A stretch of 64,000 nt of DNA, taken from positions 2,046,001 through 2,110,000 of the forward strand of contig NEEC01000019.1 in assembly GCA_002189035.1 (NCBI GenBank), given 5' to 3'. This DNA comes from Utricularia gibba (Eukaryota > Plantae > Magnoliophyta). Positions within the stretch are counted from its first letter, which is position 1; each line of letters opens with the position of its first letter. The translations under genes were made by a program, and so were the position numbers. This document shows positions 60,276 through 64,000 of this stretch, in pieces. Under the pieces are notes generated by a model, which was not told the DNA's origin, ran no database searches, and saw only the letters and a list, made by a program, of their open reading frames with translations.

Positions 60276-61140
60276 TTTCAAGATGAAATCGAGCGACAGC
60301 AGGCACAAGGATATGCCGTCTGAAGCCTCAGCGTTTCTAGACCAACTCACACAGAGGGAGGCGGCGTCTCAACACACAGGGTGTGAGAACGCAGGGTAAT
60401 AACCATTAATAAATAAAAAGCCTTGATTTCGCTCTGCTCTGGTGGCACCGGTTTTTGACATCCAACGGCGGAAAAACGGTTTTTTTAGTTATTGAAGACG
60501 AAACTACACAAGAAAACGAAACCCTGCCTTGTTCGATAATTCGACGCGGAACTAAACGGTGCAGTGATGTGTTCCCTGAGACGGTAGCGTATGAAGTGAG
60601 AAGAAGGGCCTTTGACAATCTGTTGGGTAGAACATCAACTGGTGTAGTTTTGTCTTTTCTTTTTCGTAAGCAAATCCATCTGGGGTGGGTTGTTACAACA
60701 CACGAGGGAAGGTTGGCCAAGTGCTGAGTGACGCCAGCCCCAGCCCCAGCCCCGTTGAATTTGCTTGGAATTGGATCGATTTATTTTCTGTTTGTCGGCT
60801 GCGGTTGGTCTTGAAGGTTTTATTATCATTTACTCTCGGTCCAACGCATACCATGGAGGTTCGAATCAACGCATGAATTGAATCTTATTTTCACATTTCA
60901 TCAATTCGGGACACCTTCCTTGGGATTCAGAAAAATCAGAGAAAACCACGACCCACAAGGCGAAGTTGATGAAGGGAAGGCTAACCTGTTCCGGCATGTC
61001 TGTGTTGCACAGTTCCAGACGGGCACCTGAACATCCTGCAGCATCCCGTCTGCGCAATCACTACCATGGAGGTGGCGCGCTGATGCTCCGGGCACCCTAT
61101 GCGTCGCACATGTTGTCATCGGGAAAAAAATACCACAAAT

Positions 61141-62745
61141 TCACGATGGTACAATGGCACGCTGCTCATTAACGTCCTTGCCGAATCGAGAGAGGTAGTT
61201 GAGGCCCATTAGGAGCTCGACTATGGCAGCTTCAGTTTGCTCTTTGTCGGCATAATAAATAGTCTGGACAAGAAGAACGATTGACCCACTCTTCATTCTC
61301 TGTCGGTCAAAATTTCTCTCAGCTTGCCACTTCACCATGTTGTGTGCAAGTGGAGCTAGCCAGTCCAGTATCATTGTCACTGCCATGCTCCACTCAGAAG
61401 CAAGGACCGCATCGTAGGCCGTAGAGAAAGAAGTTCTCGAAAATCTCACTAGCTTTGCCCTCAGATGGCTTCTGATAGATGCAGGGAACATGTTGTATAA
61501 GTCATCCCTCGCATCTGCACTGATCAAGTGAGGAGCTGAAGCTAGCTTCTCAATCGCTATGATGATATTGGCATAGTGAAATGCCAAAGCTGCATGGCCA
61601 AGAGTAGAAGGAAAAGCCATCAATAGACTTCGGTTGCGACTCATACAAGATAATTTCGTGGGAACTGTTCCATCAGGGCTCGAACACAAAAAGTCTACCA
61701 CATCCCTCTGGAACCCTCCATCTGATCTGAAAGAACTGCCACAGACTGGTGGATAACTCTCCAACGCTGGACACTCGCTTGTAGGAGTCATGCATCCTGT
61801 CAATGCCACGGACATGAACCTTCTGCTTTTCATCAGATAAGGTTTCCGTGATAGAATAGACGATGGTGAACGATCAAAGGATTTCCTGTTCTTGGATCTA
61901 CTCTTGTTCCATCCCAATCCAAGGTCTGAAAATGTTCTCCCTGGGCGCGGGCGCCCACCTGTTGCATTATCATCTGATGTATTCATGAAAGATGAGCCAG
62001 AATTATCAGCATTAATTGGGATATCATCGTTAAATATGTTTCCCATCTTGGTGACCCCATAAATGTAATTCACTCTTTCAACAACAGTAAGCAGACATCT
62101 GAGGATAAGTTGAACGATGTAGTCATATGTCCTCACCCATGGTGACATCTCCTGAAGATTCTTAACTTCCTGCCGTTGCCATTCAACCTTCTGCTGAAAT
62201 TCAAGTAACTTTATTGTACCTACAGTACCACCTATCTTCATTTGCCTCAAACTCTGCTCAAGCTCTGCCAAAACCTCAAGTTCTGAATGCAGCTGATCAG
62301 TCGCTACCACAAACTTCTCCATTTTTTTTATTTTTTTCTCCATCTTTTTCAACTTATAATGCCAGCCAGACCACTTGGGATCCACCTCAATATGATCATC
62401 ATAAGCAAACTCAATATTGTGGTACCTTATGTCCACACATTTATTCCCAAGCACAGCCACGGATTTCCCAACACTGATTAGATTCTCAAGTATCTCAGAG
62501 AGAGCAAGATCCATAAGATGGTCCACATCCTCAGAGACAAGTTTATGGATACCAGCAGAGTTCATAAACTCCTCCCTCAGTCTAAGAATTTGCTTATCGC
62601 TGAGGCATTCCCATATACGCACAAGTTTAGACATCAACTTTGAAACCTCAAATGACAGAACTCCAAGAATCTGTCTTCCAGGCTCCTTGCGTGAACTCTT
62701 CCATATGCTCCCAAACCAAGTCTCCGGCAAGATCTCCCCACCCAT
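61141..62745 (-). CDS. DUF3475 + DUF668 domain protein, single exon, 534 aa
   Basis: Intact ORF. N-terminal ILGVLSFEVSKLMSKLVRIWECLSD...LVSED..LMDLAL.E (DUF3475); C-terminal PSTLGHAALAFHYANIIIAIEKL...DARDDLYNMFPASIRSHLR...ILDWLAPLAHNMVKWQAERNFD (DUF668). Confidence 0.92.
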   Translation of the reverse strand: MGGEILPETWFGSIWKSSRKEPGRQILGVLSFEVSKLMSKLVRIWECLSDKQILRLREEFMNSAGIHKLVSEDVDHLMDLALSEILENLISVGKSVAVLGNKCVDIRYHNIEFAYDDHIEVDPKWSGWHYKLKKMEKKIKKMEKFVVATDQLHSELEVLAELEQSLRQMKIGGTVGTIKLLEFQQKVEWQRQEVKNLQEMSPWVRTYDYIVQLILRCLLTVVERVNYIYGVTKMGNIFNDDIPINADNSGSSFMNTSDDNATGGRPRPGRTFSDLGLGWNKSRSKNRKSFDRSPSSILSRKPYLMKSRRFMSVALTGCMTPTSECPALESYPPVCGSSFRSDGGFQRDVVDFLCSSPDGTVPTKLSCMSRNRSLLMAFPSTLGHAALAFHYANIIIAIEKLASAPHLISADARDDLYNMFPASIRSHLRAKLVRFSRTSFSTAYDAVLASEWSMAVTMILDWLAPLAHNMVKWQAERNFDRQRMKSGSIVLLVQTIYYADKEQTEAAIVELLMGLNYLSRFGKDVNEQRAIVPS

Positions 62746-64000
62746 TCGCTAAACGTACAGAAACGTTCTTAGTCAAGGACGGGGCACTGAGGGATGCCTG
62801 AGGATTAGGAAAGAGCAACATTAGAAAGCAGCACCAAGAAACGGAGACTACAGAACTTCATAGTTTTCACAAAGGAGCGAACTTTGAAAAAGCATTCCGA
62901 CGACGTGAATTTGTTGACGGCGAAGGATTTTGACAGCAACTGAATCAGCGTACAAATGAACAGAAAAGTTTTAATTTTTACATACATATTGCATGATCAA
63001 AGCGATCTAATGCACACACGTGATCACCCACAAATGCTCAAGAACAGAAGAGATGGGATAAACTTCAATCACGAAAATACTAAATTGGAGCCCAAACTTT
63101 TCAAGAGATCAACTTCGGTAGCCAAAACCAAAAAGATCACCTAGCCACTGAAAACTAGCTCCAACCTCGAATTCCTGCCAGCACGCATAAGTTGTTTATT
63201 CTCAGATCGCGAACAAAATTGGCTGAATGCATAACTGAAATTCCATTTCCGCATTGGATTTCGAAACAAGAGTTCAAAAAACAGGTACGGATACAATAAA
63301 AGGAACCCACCGTCTCATGCCCAATTGATTTGAGACTGGAATTCCCACAGTTGAGATCCGAGTGAGAATGGAAGCCCCCGAGAGCAGATACCGAGGAGGG
63401 GGAGAGATGCAAGGAGGGGAGGGGAGGGGAGGGGACCGTATGTATGCCCGGGCTGCTTGCTATCGTGCGCGTCAAATAGCATGGTTTTCGTAATAAATAA
63501 TTTCCAGAGCGAGCGGGAATTCCACGTGGTTTTAGATCATTCAATGAGCTGGGTGGGTGATTCCCTTTGTTTCATCCATCTCTCTCGTCTTCTCAACAAA
63601 GGAGGAGTTTTGTTGCTAGTGCCCGCTACGCTACGATCGACATTCCTCCTTAATAACTACTTTACGCTCCATTTCTGAACCAAATGTAACCAGCCGCTGA
63701 TAAGGAACAAAAGGACTCCGACGAGTCGTGACCTGTTGTTTGTAGCTTTACTCTTGTTTGTTTTGTCTAGCCAGATAGGCAAGGGTGTGGGTGTCGACGC
63801 ATCATCCATTGGCAATTGGCATTGGGCACGAGGAGGGAACCAGGAATGGATCCTGTGAGTCACTACGTATCCATAACTTGGAACGCTCCCAATCCAACGG
63901 CAGTATCGACGCATAAAAGAAGGAAAACAAAGTTAGTCGATCCGGCTCCAGTCTGCTACGGGGAGACATCACTTCCTGTTTCTGTTCCTACGGCTGCCGC

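Overview
Gene-dense plant (core eudicot) nuclear DNA with short GT-AG introns; the species cannot be identified from sequence alone. I can reconstruct 19 protein-coding loci, in order: partial L-type lectin receptor kinase, PCRK-like RLCK-VII kinase, OTU deubiquitinase, a 98-aa small protein, PNGase A, a HIPP, a 125-aa unknown protein, RABC2, two head-to-head UGT73 glycosyltransferases, an NT-C2/coiled-coil (RPG-like) protein, a 2OG-Fe(II) dioxygenase, PLATZ, DEAD-box helicase LOS4/RH38, a GT47 exostosin, HD-Zip I LMI1-like, trihelix HRA1-like, cytosolic pyruvate kinase and a DUF3475/DUF668 protein. There is also one tRNA-Arg(TCT), decayed LTR-retrotransposon fragments (about 34-38 kb and 44-45 kb) and many microsatellites. 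No rRNA or CRISPR. The strongest window-wide signal is eight single-base (-1) frameshifts in five otherwise intact genes, all at short G/C or purine runs. This most likely reflects long-read homopolymer error rather than pseudogenisation. I found no convincing novel multi-gene system. The best leads are the RPG-like NT-C2 gene, two small uncharacterised proteins invisible to the ORF track, the divergent UGT73 pair and very tight convergent gene pairs. Exon coordinates were derived by hand and may be off by a few bases. Family and ortholog names come from recalled motifs, not database searches.
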